This document shows positions 50,901-64,000 of a stretch of 64,000 nt of DNA, piece after piece. The DNA is from Nitrospirales bacterium (GTDB lineage Bacteria; Nitrospirota; Nitrospiria; Nitrospirales; UBA8639), in NCBI GenBank assembly GCA_965203295.1, contig CBDBCZ010000018.1, positions 2,112,001 to 2,176,000 on the forward strand, read 5' to 3'. Position 1 is the first letter of the stretch. Each line of letters opens with the position of its first letter. Made by a program: the position numbers and the translations under genes. A model generated the notes under the pieces. The model had not been told where the DNA came from and did not search any database. It worked only from the letters and a program-made list of their open reading frames with translations.

Positions 50901-53699
50901 ACAAGCTTTTGAATAACCAGCTCTTTTTCTAAACAGTTGGGAAGGGTCAAATTAAAGGTAGCTAGTAAGTTTGGCTTAAAGTCTTTGCTAGAGACCAACA
51001 AAACTAATAATTTTCATTAAAATCCTTCTTTCCTAATCTTCAGACTATCATCAACGAAACTAAACAAGCCCTTGAATAACAAGTTCCTTTCTTGAACATC
51101 GATACTTCCTAAGCGTGTATTGTATCTGACTAACATCATTCAAACTAAACAAGCCTTTGAATAACCAGTTCTTTTTCTAAACAGTTGGGAAGAGTCAGAT
51201 CAATGGTAGTTAGTGACTTTGGCTTAGAGTTTTTGCCAGAGACCAACAAATCTAACAATTTTCAATGAAATCCTTCTTTCCTAATCTTCAGAAAAACATC
51301 AACCAAACTAAACAAGCCTTTGAATAACCAGTTCCGGTCTTGAACATCGATACTTCCTAGGCTTGTATTGTATTTGACTAACATCATTCAAACTAAACAA
51401 GCCTTTGAATAACCAGTTCTTTTTCTAAACAGTTGGGAAGGGTAAGATCAATGGTAGCTAGTTGCTTTGGCTCAAAATCTTTGCTAGAGACCAACAAAAC
51501 TAACAATTTTCAATAAAATCCTTCTTTCCTAATCTTCAGACTAACATCAACCGAACTAAACAAGCCTTTGAATAACAAGTTCCTTTCTTGAACATGATAC
51601 TTCCTAAGCATGTATTGTATCTGACTAACATCATTCAAACTAAACAAGCCTTTGAATAACAAGTTCGTTTCCTAAACAGTTGGGAAGGGTCAGATCAATG
51701 GTAGCTACTTACATTGGCTTAAAGTCTTTGCCAGAGACAAAAAAAATAACAATTTTTGAATAAAATTCTTCTTTCCTAATCTTCAGACTAACATCAACCA
51801 AACTAAACCGGCCTTTGAATAACCAGTTCCTTTCTTGAACATCGACACTTTTTAAAAATGTATTGTATCCGACTAACATCAATAAAACTAATCAAGCCTT
51901 TGAATAACCAGTTCTTTTCCTAAACAGTTGGAAAGGGTCAGATCAATGGTAGCCAGTTACTTTGGCTGAAAGTCTTTACCTGAGACCAACAAAACTAACA
52001 ATTTTCAATAAAATCCTTCTTTCATAATCTTCAGACTAACATCATTCAAACTAAACAAGCCTTTGAATAACCAGTTCTTTTCCTAAACAGTTAGGAAGGG
52101 TCAGATCAATGATAGCTAGTTACTTTTGCTGAAAGTCTTTGCCTGAGACCAACAAAACTAACAATTTTCAATAAAATTCTTCTTTCCTAATCTTCAGACT
52201 AACATCAACCAAACTAAACAAGCCTTTGAATAACCAGTTCCTTTCTTGAACATCGACACTTCCTAAACATGTATTGTATCCGACTAACATCATTTAAACT
52301 AATCAAGCCTTTGAGTAGCAGGTTCTTTTCCTAAAAAGTTGGGAAGGGTCAGATCAATGGTAGCTAGTTACTTCGGCTCAAAGTCTTTGCTAGAGACCAA
52401 CAAAACTAACGATTTTCTATAAAATACTTTTTTCCTAATCTGCAGACTAATATCAAGCAAACTAAACAAGCATTTGAATAAACAGTTCCTTTCTTGAACA
52501 TCGATACTTCCTAAGCATGTATTGTATCTGACTAACATCATTCAAACTAAACAAGCCTTTGAATAACCAGTTGTTTTCCTAAACAGTTGGGAAGGGTCAG
52601 ATCAATAGTAGTCAGTTACTTTGGCTGAAAGTCTTTGCCTGAGACCAACAAAACTAACAATTTTAAATAAAATCCTTCTTTCCTAATCTTCAGACTAACA
52701 TCAACTAAACTAAACAAGCCTTTGAATAACCAGTTCCTTTCTTGAACATCGACACTTCCTAAACATGTATTGTATCCGACTAACATCATTAAACTAATCA
52801 AGCCTTTAAATAACCAGTTATTTTCCTGAACAGTTGGGAAGGGTCAGATCAATGGTAGCCAGTTACTTTGGCTGAAAGTCTTTGCCTGAGACCAACAAAA
52901 CTAACAATTTTCAATAAAATCCTTCTTTCCTAATCTTCAGACTAACATCATTCAAACTAAACAAGCCTTTGAATAACCAGTTCTTTTCCTAAACAGTTAT
53001 GAAGGGTCAGATCAATGGTAGTTAGTTACTTTTGCTGAAAGTCTTTGCCTGAGACCAACAAAACTAACAATTTTCAATAAAATTCTTCTTTCCTAATCTT
53101 CAGACTAACATCAACCAAACTAAACAAGCCTTTGAATAACCAGTTCCTTTCTTGAACATCGACACTTCCTAAACATGGATTGTATCCGACTAACATCATT
53201 TAAACTAATCAAGCCTTTGAGTAATAGGTTCTTTTCCTAAAAAGTTGGGAAGGGTCAGATCAATGGTAGCTAGTTACTTCGGCTCAAAGTCTTTGCTAGA
53301 GACCAACAAAACAAACGATTTTCTATAAAATACTTTTTTCCTAATCTGCAGACTAATATCAAGCAAACTAAACAAGCCTTTGAATAAATAGTTCCTTTCT
53401 TGAACATCGATACTTCCTAAGCATGTATTGTATCTGACTAATATCATTCAAACTAAACAAGCCTTTGAATAACCAGTTGTTTTCCTAAAAAGTTGGGAAG
53501 GGTCAGATCAATAGTAGTCAGTTACTTTGGCTGAAAGTCTTTGCCTGAGACCAACAAAACTAACAATTTTAAATAAAATCCTTCTTTCATAATCTTCAGA
53601 CTAACATCAACTAAACTAAACAAGCCTTTGAATAACCAGTTCCTTTCTTGAACATCGATACTTCCTAAACATGTATTGTATCCGACTAACATCATTCAA

Positions 53700-54200
53700 A
53701 CTAAACAACCTATTAAATCTTACACCAATTTCTTTCCTAGACACTTGGGAAGGGTCAGATCAATGGTAGCTACTTAGTTTGGCTGAAAATCTTTGCCTGA
53801 GACCAATTAAACTGATAATTTTCAGTCAAAACCCTTACTTCCTAAGTATGTATTGTATCTGACTAACATCATTCAAACTAAACAAGCTATTGATTCTTAA
53901 ACCAGTTCTCAACGTAGAAAGTTAGGAAGGGTCAGATCAATGGTAGCTAGTTGTTTTGACTGAAAGTTTCCTGAGACCAATAAAGCTAAAATTGTACCAA
54001 TTATTAGTGAAAACCCTTACTTTCAAATCATGTATGTATTGTATCTGACAAACATCATTTAAACTAAACAAATGATTGAATCTTAAACCAGTTCCTTTCC
54101 AAGACAGTTGGGAATGGGTCAGACAAATGGTAGCTAGTTACTTTGGCTTAAAGTCTTTGCCAGAGACACACAAAATTAACAATTTTTGAATAAAATCCTT
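53700..54200 (+). repeat. Diverged satellite variant block, partial copy 3
   Basis: Contains one 177-type and one 186-type monomer with the same diagnostic motifs. Confidence 0.88.
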
Positions 54201-57200
54201 CTTTCCTAATCTTCAGACTAGCATCAACCAAACTAAACAAGCTTTTGAATAACCAGTTCCTTTTTTGAACATCGATACTTCCGTAGCATGTATTGCATTT
54301 GACTAACATCATTCAAACTAAACAAGCCTTTGAATAACCAGTTCTTTTTCTAAACAGTTGGGCAGGGTCAGATATATAAAGGTAGCTAGTTACCTTGGCT
54401 TAAAGTCTTTGCCAGAGACCAACAAAACTAAAAATAATATTCTTCTTTCCTAATCTTCAGACTAAAACTAAACAAGCCTTTGAATAACAAGTTCCTTTCT
54501 TGAACATCAATACTTCCTAAGCTTGTATTGTATTTGACTAACATCATTTAAACAAAACAAGCCTTTAAATAACCAGTTCTTTTCCTAGACAGTTGGGAAG
54601 GTTCAGATCATTGGTAGCCAGTTACTTTGGCTTAAAGTCTTTGCCTGAGACCAAAAAAAAAAAATTCTTCCTAAGAATGTATTGTATTTGACTAACATCA
54701 TTCAAACTAAACAAGCCTTTGCATAACCAGTTCTTTTCCTAAACAGTTGGGAAGAGTAAGATCAATGGTAGCTTGTTACTTGGCTTAAAGTCTTTGCCAG
54801 AGACCAACAAAACTAACAATTTTCAATAAATCCTTCTTTCCTAATCTTCAGACTAACATCAACATAACTGAACAAGCCTTTGAATAACAAGTTCCTTTCT
54901 TGAACATCGATACTTCCTAGGCATGTATTGTATTTGACTAACATCATTCAAACTAAACTAGCCTTTGAATAACCAGTTCTTTTTCTAAACAGTTGGGAAG
55001 GGTCAGATCAATGGTAGCTAGTTACTTTGGCTTAAAGTCTTTGCTAGAGACCAACAAAACTAACGATTTTCTATAAAATCCTTCTTTCCTAATCTTCAGA
55101 CTAACATCAACCTAACTAAACAAGCCTTTGAATAAACAGTTCCTTTCTTGAACATCGATACTTCTTAAGCGTGTATTGTATCTGACTAACATCATTCAAA
55201 CTAAACAAGCCTTTGAATAACCAGTTCTTTTCCAAAACAGTTGGGAAGGGTCAGATTAATGGTAGCCAGTTACTTTGGCTGAAAGTCTTTGCATGAGACC
55301 AACAAAACTAACAATTTTCATTAAAATCCTTCTTTCCTAATCTTCAGACTAACATCAACCAAACTAAACAAGCCTTTGAATAACCAGTACCTTTCTTGAA
55401 CATTGATACTTCCTAAGCATGTATTGTATCTGACTAATATCATTCAAACAAAACAAGCCTTTGAATAACCAGCACTTTTTCTAAAGCGTTCGGAAAGGTC
55501 AGATCAATGGTAGTTAGTAACTTTGGCTTAATTAAAGTCATTGCAAGAGACCAACAAAACCAGCCAGTTACTTTGGCTGAAAGTCTTTGCCTGAGACCAA
55601 CAAAACTAACAATTTTCAATAAAATCCTTCTTTCCAAATCTTCAGGCTAACATCAACAAAACTAAACAGGCCTTTGAATAACCAGTTCTTTTTCAAAAAC
55701 AGTTGGGAAGGGTCAGATAAATGGTAGCTAGTTACTTTGGCTTAAAGTCTTTGCTAGAGACCAACAAAACTAACAATTTTCAATAAAATCCTTCTTTCCT
55801 AATCTTCAGACTAACATCATTCAAACTAAACAAGCCTTTGAATAACCAGTTCTTTTCCTAAACAGTTAGGAAGGGTCAGATCAATGGTAGCTAGTTACTT
55901 TTGTTGAAAGTCTTTGCCTGAGACCAACAAAACTAACAATTTTCAATAAAATCCTTCTTTCCTAATCTTCAGACTAACATCAACCAAACTAAACAAGCCT
56001 TTGAATAACCGGTTCCTTTCTTGAACATCGACACTTCCTAAACATGTATTGTATCCGACTAACATCATTAAAACAAATCAAGCCTTTGAATAACCAGTTC
56101 TTTTCCTAAACAGTTAGGAAGGGTCAGATCAATGGTAGCTAGTTACTTTGGTGAAAGTCTTGGCCTGAGACCAACAAAACTAATAATTTTCAATAAAATC
56201 CTTCTTTCCTAATCTTCAGACTAACATCATTCAAACTAAACAAGCCTTTGAATAACCAGTTATTTTCCTAAACAGTTAGGAAGGGTCAGATTAATGGTAG
56301 TTAGTTACTTTTGCTGAAAGTTTTTGCATGAGACCAACAAAACTAACAATTTTCAATAAAATTCTTCTTTCCTAATCTTCAGACTAACATCAACCAAACT
56401 AAACAAGCCTTTGAATAACCAGTTCCTTTCTTGAACATCGACACTTCCTAAACATGTATTGTATCCGACTAACATCATTTAAACTAATCAAGCCTTTGAA
56501 TAACAGGTTCTTTTCCTAAACAGTTGGGAAGGGTCAGATCAATGGTAGCTAGTTACTTCGGCTCAAAGTCTTTGCTAGAGACCACTAAAACTAACAATTT
56601 TCAATAAAATCCTCCTTTCCTAATCTTCAGGCTAACATCAACAAAACTAAACAGGCCTTTGAATAACCAGTTCTTTTTCTAAACAGTTGGGAAGGGTCAG
56701 ATAAATGGTAGCTAGTGACTTTGGCTTAAAGTCTTTGCTAGAGACCAACAAAACTAACAATTTTCAATAAAATCCTTCTTTCCTAATCTTCAGACTAACA
56801 TCATTCAAACTAAACAAGCCTTCTTTGAATAACCAGTTCTTTTCCTAAACAGTTAGGAAGGGTGAGATCAATGGTAGCTAGATACTTTTGGCTGAAAGTC
56901 TTTGCCTGAGACCAAGTAAACTAACAATTTTCAATAAAATCCTTCTTTCCTAATCTTAAGACTAACATCAACCAAACTAAACAAGCCTTTGAATAACCAG
57001 TTCCTTTCTTGAACATCGATACTTCCTAAGGATGTATTGTATTTGACTAACATCATTCAAACTAAACTAGCCTTTGAATAACCAGTTCGTTTACTAAACA
57101 GTTGGGAAGGGTCAGATCAATGGTAGCTAGTTACTTTGGCTTAAAGTCTTTGCTAGAGACCAACAAAACTAACGATTTTCTATAAAATACTTCTTTCCTA

Positions 57201-60200
57201 ATCTGCAGACTAACATCAGGCAAACTAAACAAGCTTTTGAATAACTAGTTCCTTTCTTGAAGATCGATACTTCCTAAGCATGTATTGTATCTGACTAACA
57301 TCACTCAAACTAAACAAGCCTTTGAATAACAAGTTCTTTTCCTAAACAGTTGGGAAGGGTCAGATCAATGGTAGCCAGTTACTTTGGCTGAAAGTCTTTG
57401 GCTGAAAGTCTTTGCCTGAGACCAACAAAACTAATTATTTTCAATAAAATCCTACTTTCCTAATCTTCAGGCTAACATCAACAAAACTAAACAGGCCTTT
57501 GAATAACCAGCTCTTTTTTTAAACAGTTGGGAAGGGTCAGATAAATGGTAGCAAGTTACTTTGGCTTAAAGTCTTTGCTAGAGAAAAAAAAACTAACAAT
57601 TTTAAATAAAATCCTTCTTTCCTAATCTGCAAACTAACATCAGGAAAACTAAACAAGCCTTTGAATAACCAGTTCCTTTCTTGAAGATCGATACTTCCTA
57701 AGCATGTATTGTATCTGACTAACATCATTCAAACTAAACAAGCCTTTGAATAACAAGTTCTTTTCCTAAACAGTTGGGAAGGGTCAGATCAATGGTAGCC
57801 AGTTACTTTGGCTGAAAGTCTTTGCCTGAGACCAACAAACTAACAATTTTCAATAAAATCCTACTTTCCTAATCTTCAGGCTAACATCAACAAAACTAAT
57901 CAAGCCTTTGAATAACCAATTCTTTTCCTAAACAGTTGGGAAGGGTCAGATCAATGGTAGCTAGTTACTTTGGCTGAAAGTCTTTGCTAGAGACAAACAA
58001 AACTAACGATTTTCTATAAAATACTTCTTTCCTAATCTGCAGACTAACATCAACCAAACTAAATAAGCATTTGAATAACCAGTTCCTTTCTTGAACATCG
58101 ATACTTCCTAAGCATGTATTGTATCTGACTAACATCATTCAAACTAAACAAGCCTTTGAATAACAAGTTCTTTTCCTAAACAGTTGGGAAGGGTCAGATC
58201 AATGGTAGCTAGTTACTTTGGCTCAAAGTCTTTGCTAGAGACCAACAAAACTAACAATTTTCAATAAAATCCTCCTTTCCTAATCTGCAGACTAACATCA
58301 ACCAAACTAAACAAGCCTTTGAATAACCAGTTCCTTTATTGAACATTGATACTTCGTAAGCATGTATTGTATCTGACTAATATCATTCAAACAAAACAAG
58401 CCTTTGAATAACCAGCACTTATCCAAAATAGTTCGGAAAGGTCAGATCAATGGTAGCTAGTAACTTTGGCTTAATTAAAGTCATTGAAAGAGACCAACAA
58501 AACTAACAATTTTAAATAAAATCCTTCTTTCCTAATCTTCAGGCTAACATCAAAAAAACTAAACAGGCCTTTGAATAACCAGTTCTTTTTCTAAACAGTT
58601 GGGAAGGGTCAGATAAATGGTAGCTAGTTACTTTGGCTTAAAGTCTTTGCCTGAGACCAACAAAACTAACAATTTTCAATAAAATCCTTCTTTCCTAATC
58701 TTCAGACTAACATCATTCAAACTAAACAAGCCTTTGAATAACAAGTTCCTTTCTTGAACATCGACACTTCCTAAATATGTATTGTATCCGACTAACATTA
58801 TTAAAACTAATCAAGCCTTTGAATAACCAGTTCTTTTCCTAAACAGTTGGGAAGGGTCAGATCAATGGTAGCCAGTTACTTTGGCTGAAAGTCTTTGCCT
58901 GAGACAATCAAAACTAACAATTTTCAATAAAATCCTTCTTTCCTAATCTTAAGACTAACATCATTCAAACTAAACAAGCCTTTGAATAACAAGTTCTTTT
59001 CCTAAACAGTTAGAAAGGGTCAGATCAATGGTAGCTAGTTACTTTTGCTGAAAGTCTTTGCCTGAGACCAACAAAACTAACCATTTTCAATAAAATTCTT
59101 CATTCCTAATCTTCAAACTAAACAATTTTCAATAAAATCCTTCTTTCCTAATCTTCAGACTAACATCAACCAAACTAAACAAGCCTTTGAATAACCAGTT
59201 CCTTTCTTGAACATCGATACTTCCTAAGCGTGTATTGTATCTGACAAACATCATTCAAACTAAACAGGCCTTTGAATAACCAGTTCATTTTCTAAACAGT
59301 TGGGAAGGGTCAGATAAATGGTAGGTAGTTACTTTGGCTTAAAGTCTTTGCTAGAGACCAATAAAACTAACAATTTTCAATAAAATCCTTCTTTCCTAAT
59401 CTTCAGACCAACATCATTCAAACTAAACAAGCCTTTGAATAACAAGTTCTTTTCCTAAACAGTTAGAAAGGGTCAGATCAATGGTAGCTAGTTACTTTTG
59501 CTGAAAGTCTTTGCCTGAGACCAACAAAACTAACAATTTTCAATAAAATTCTTCATTCCTAATCTTCAAACTAAACAATTTTCAATAAAATCCTTCTTTC
59601 CTAATCTTCCGACTAACATCAACCAAACTAAACAAGCCTTTGAATAACCAGTTCATTTTCTAAACAGTTGGGAAGGGTCAGATAAATGGTAGGTAGTTAC
59701 TTTGGCTTAAAGTCTTTGCTAGAGACCAACAAAACTAACTATTTTCAATAAAATCCTTCTTTCCTAATCTTCAGACTAACATTATTCAAACTAAACAAGC
59801 CTTTGAATAACAAGTTCTTTTCCTAAACAGTTGGGAAGGGTCAGATCAATGGTAGCTAGTTACTTTGGCTGAAAGTCTTTGCCTTAGACCAACAAACTAA
59901 CAATTTTAAATAAAATCCTACTTTCCTAATCTTCAGGCTAACATCAACAAAACTAATCAAGCCTTTGAATAACCAGTTCTTTTCCTAAACAGTTGGGAAG
60001 GGTCAGATCAATGGTAGCTAGTTACTTTGGATGAAAGTCTTTGCTAGAGACCAACAAAATTAACGATTTTCTATAAAATACTTCTTTCCTAATCTGCAGA
60101 CTAACATCAACAAAAGTAAATAAGCATTTGAATAAACAGTTCCTTTCTTGAACATCGATACTTCCTAAGCATGTATTGTATCTGACTAACATCATTCAAA

Positions 60201-63200
60201 CTAAACAAGCCTTTGAATAACAAGTTCTTTTCCTAAACAGTTGGGAAGGGTCAGATCAATGGTAGCTAGTTACTTTGGCTGAAAGTCTTTGCCTGAGACC
60301 AACAAAACTAACAATTTTCAATAAAATCCTTCTTTCCTAATAATCAGACTAACATCAACCAAACTAAACAAGCCTTTGAATAACCAGTTCCTTTCTTGAA
60401 CATCGACACTTCCTAAACATGTATTGTATCCGACTAACATCATTAAAACTAATCAAGCCTTTGAATAACCAGTTCCTTTCTTGAACAGCGATACTTCCTA
60501 AGCATGTATTGTAGCTGACTAACATCATTCAAACTAAATAAGCCTTTGAATAACAAGTTCTTTTCCTAAACAGTTGGGAAGGGTCAGATCAATGGTAGCC
60601 AGTTACTTTGGCTGAAAGTCTTTAACTGAGACCAACAAAACTAACGATTTTCTATAAAATACTTCTTTCCTAATCTGCAGACTAAATTCAGGCAAACTAA
60701 ACAAGCCTTTGAATAACCAGTTCCTTTCTTGAAGATCGATACTTCCTAAGCGTGTATTGTATCTGACAAACATCATTCAAACTAAACAGGCCTTTGAATA
60801 ACCAGTTCATTTTCTAAACAGTTGGGAAGGGTCAGATAAATGGTAGGTAGTTACTTTGGCTTAAAGTCTTTGCTAGAGACCAACAAAACTAACAATTTTC
60901 AATAAAATCCTTCTTTCCTAGTCTTCAGACTAACATCATTCAAACTAAACAAGCCTTTGAATAACAAGTTCTTTTCCTAAACAGCTGGGAAGGGTCAGAT
61001 CAATGGTAGCAAGTTACTTTGGCTGAAAGTCTTTGCCTGAGACCAACAAAACTAACAATTTTCAATAAAATCCTACTTCCTAATCTTCAGGCTAACATCA
61101 ACAAAACTAAACAGGCCTTTGAATAACCAGCTCTTTTTCTAAACAGTTGGGAAGGGTCAGATAAATGGTAGCAAGTTACTTTGGCTTAAAGTCTTTGCTA
61201 GAGACAAAAAAACTAACAATTTTAAATAAAAACCTTCTTTCCTAATCTGCAAACTAACATCAACCAAACTAAACAAGCCTTTGAATAACCAGTTCCTTTC
61301 TTGAACATTGATACTTTATAAGCATGTATTGAATCTGACTAATATCATTCAAACAAAACAAGCCTTTAAATAACCAGCTCATTTTCTAAATAGTTCGGAA
61401 GGGTCAGATAAATGGTAGCTAGTAACTTTGGCTTAAAGTCTTTGCTAGAGACCAACAACACTAACAATTTTCAATAAAATCCTTCTTTCCCAATCTTCAG
61501 GCTAACATCAACAAAACTAAAAAGGCCTTTGAATAACAAGTTATTTTTCTAAACAGTTGGAAAGGGTCAGATAAATGGTAGCTAGTTACTTTGGCTTAAA
61601 GTCTTTGCTAGAGACCAACAAAACTAACAATTTTCAATAAAATCCTTCTTTCCTAATCTTCAGACTAACATCATTCAAACTAAACAAGCCTTTGAATAAC
61701 AAGTTCTTTTCCTAAACAGTTAGAAAGGGTCAGATCAATGGTAGCTAGTTACTTTTGCTGAAAGTCTTTGCCTGAGACCAACAAAACTAACAATTTTCAA
61801 TAAAATTCTTCATTCCTAATCTTCAAACTAAACAATTTTCAATAAAATCCTTCTTTCCTAATCTTCAGACTAACATCAACCAAACTAAACAAGCCTTTGA
61901 ATAACCAGTTCCTTTCTTGAACATCGATACTTCCTAAGCGTGTATTGTATCTGATAAACATCATTCAAACTAAACAGGCCTTTGAATAACCAGTTCATTT
62001 TCTAAACAGTTGGGAAGGGTCAGATAAATGGTAGGTAGTTACTTTGGCTTAAAGTCTTTGCTAGAGACCAACAAAACTAACAATACTCAATAAAATCCTT
62101 CTTTCCTAATCTTCAGACTAACATCATTCAAACTAAACAAGCCTTTGAATAACAAGTTCTTTTCCTAAACAGTTAGAAAGGGTCAGATCAATGGTAGCTA
62201 GTTACTTTTGCTGAAAGTCTTTGCCTGACACCAACAAAACTAACAATTTTCTATAAAATTCTTCATTCCTAATCTTCAAAATAAACAATTTTCAATAAAA
62301 TCCTTCTTTCCTAATCTTCAGACTAACATCAACCAAACTAAACAAGCCTTTGAATAACTAGTTCCTTTCTTGAACATCGATACTTCCTAAGCGTGTATTG
62401 TATCTGACAAACATCATTCAAACTAAACAGGCCTTTGAATAACCAGTTCATTTTCTATACAGTTGGGAAGGGTCAGATCAAAAGTAGCTAGTTACTTTGG
62501 CTGAAAGTCTTTGCCTGAGACCAAATAACTAACAATTTTCAATAAAATCCTACTTTCCTAATCTTCAGGCTAACATCAACAAAACTAATCAAGCCTTTGA
62601 ATAACCAGTTCTTTTCCTAAACAGTTGGGAAGGGTCAGATCAATGGTAGCTAGTTACTTTGGCTGAAAGTCTTTGCTAGAGACCAACAAAACTAACGATT
62701 TTCTATAAAATACTTCTTTCCTAATCTGCAGACTAACATCAACCAAAGTAAATAAGCATTTGAATAACCAGTTCCTTTCTTGAACATCGATACTTCCTAA
62801 GCATGTATTGTATCTGACTAACATCATTCAAACTAAACAAGCCTTTGAATAACAAGTTCTTTTCCTAAACAGTTGGGAAGGGTCAGATCAATGGTAGCTA
62901 GTTACTTTGGCTCAGAGTCTTTGCTAGAGCCCAACAAAACTAACAATTTTCAATAAAATCCTCCTTTCCTAATCTGCAGACTAACATCAACCAAACTAAA
63001 CAAGCCTTTGAATAACCAGTTCCTTTCTTGAACATTGATACTTCGTAAGCATGTATTGTATCTGACTAATATCATTCAAACAAAACAAGCCTTTGAATAA
63101 CCAGCACTTATCCTAAATAGTTCGGAAAGGTCAGATCAATGGTAGCTAGTTACTTTTGCTGAAAGTCTTTGCCTGAGACCAATAAAACTAACAATTTTCA

Positions 63201-64000
63201 ATAAAATCCTTCTTTCCTAATCTTCAGACTAACATCAACCAAACTAAACAAGCCTTTGAATAACCAGTTCCTTTCTTGAACATCGACACTTCCTAAACAT
63301 GTATTGTATCCGACTAACATCATTAAAACTAATCAAGCCTTTGAATAACCAGATTTTTTCCTAAACAGTTGGGAAGGGTCAGATCAATGGTAGGTAGTTA
63401 CTTTGGCTTAAAGTCTTTGCTAGAGACCAACAAAACTAACAATTTTCATTAAAATCCTTCTTTCCTAATCTTCAGACTAACATCATTCAAACTAAACAAG
63501 CATTTGCATAACCAGTTCTTTTCCTAAACAGTTAGGAAGGGTCAGATCAATGGTAGCTAGTTACTTTGGCTGAAAGTCTTTGCCTGAGACCAACAAAACT
63601 AACAATTTTCAATAAAATCCTTCTTTCCTAATCATCAGACTAACATCAACCAAACTAAACAAGCCTTTGAATAACCAGTTCCTTTCTTGAACATCGACAC
63701 TTCCTAAACATGTATTGTATCCGACTAACATCATTAAAACTAATCAAGCCTTTCAATAACCAGTTCCTTTCTTGAACAGCGATACATCCTAAGCATGTAT
63801 TGTATCTGACTAACATCATTCAAACTAAACAAGCCTTTGAATAACCAGTTCTTTACTTAAACAGTTGGGAAGGGTCAGATAAATGGTAGCAAGTTACTTT
63901 GGCTTAAAGTCTTTGCTAGAGAAAAAAAAAACTAACAATTTTAAATAAAATCCTTCTTTCCTAATCTGCAAACTAACATCAGGCAAACTAAACAAGCCTT

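Larger units (their letters stand above)
40298..64000 (+). repeat. Satellite DNA array, right arm
   Basis: Same monomers and orientation from TAGTTACTTTGGC (40298) to the window end. Confidence 0.98.

Overview
Eukaryotic (animal-type) heterochromatic window. About 49 kb is one AT-rich satellite in constant orientation (1-23346, 25513-27693, 40298-64000). It is built from a constant 44-bp block followed by either a 119-bp or a 41-bp module, giving 163-bp and 85-bp monomers and a 248-bp composite. Rarer diverged 177/186-bp monomers and kb-scale block duplications also occur. Two foreign segments interrupt the array. (i) A clean 2166-bp non-autonomous piggyBac-like insertion at TTAA (23347-25512) carries a nested hairpin MITE. 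(ii) A 12.6-kb island (27694-40297) with no target-site duplication is a mosaic of small TEs (Kolobok-like, pogo-like, HINE/Helentron-like, TAG..CTA palindromic mini-elements with 9-bp TSDs, Penelope-like remnants with a decayed hammerhead) and isolated minus-strand exons of unrelated genes (PCMT1 exons 2-3; one TRAPPC13 exon with a dead donor). I found no complete protein-coding gene, rRNA, tRNA or CRISPR array, and most ORF-track entries are spurious. Protein and TE family assignments come from recalled motifs, not database searches.
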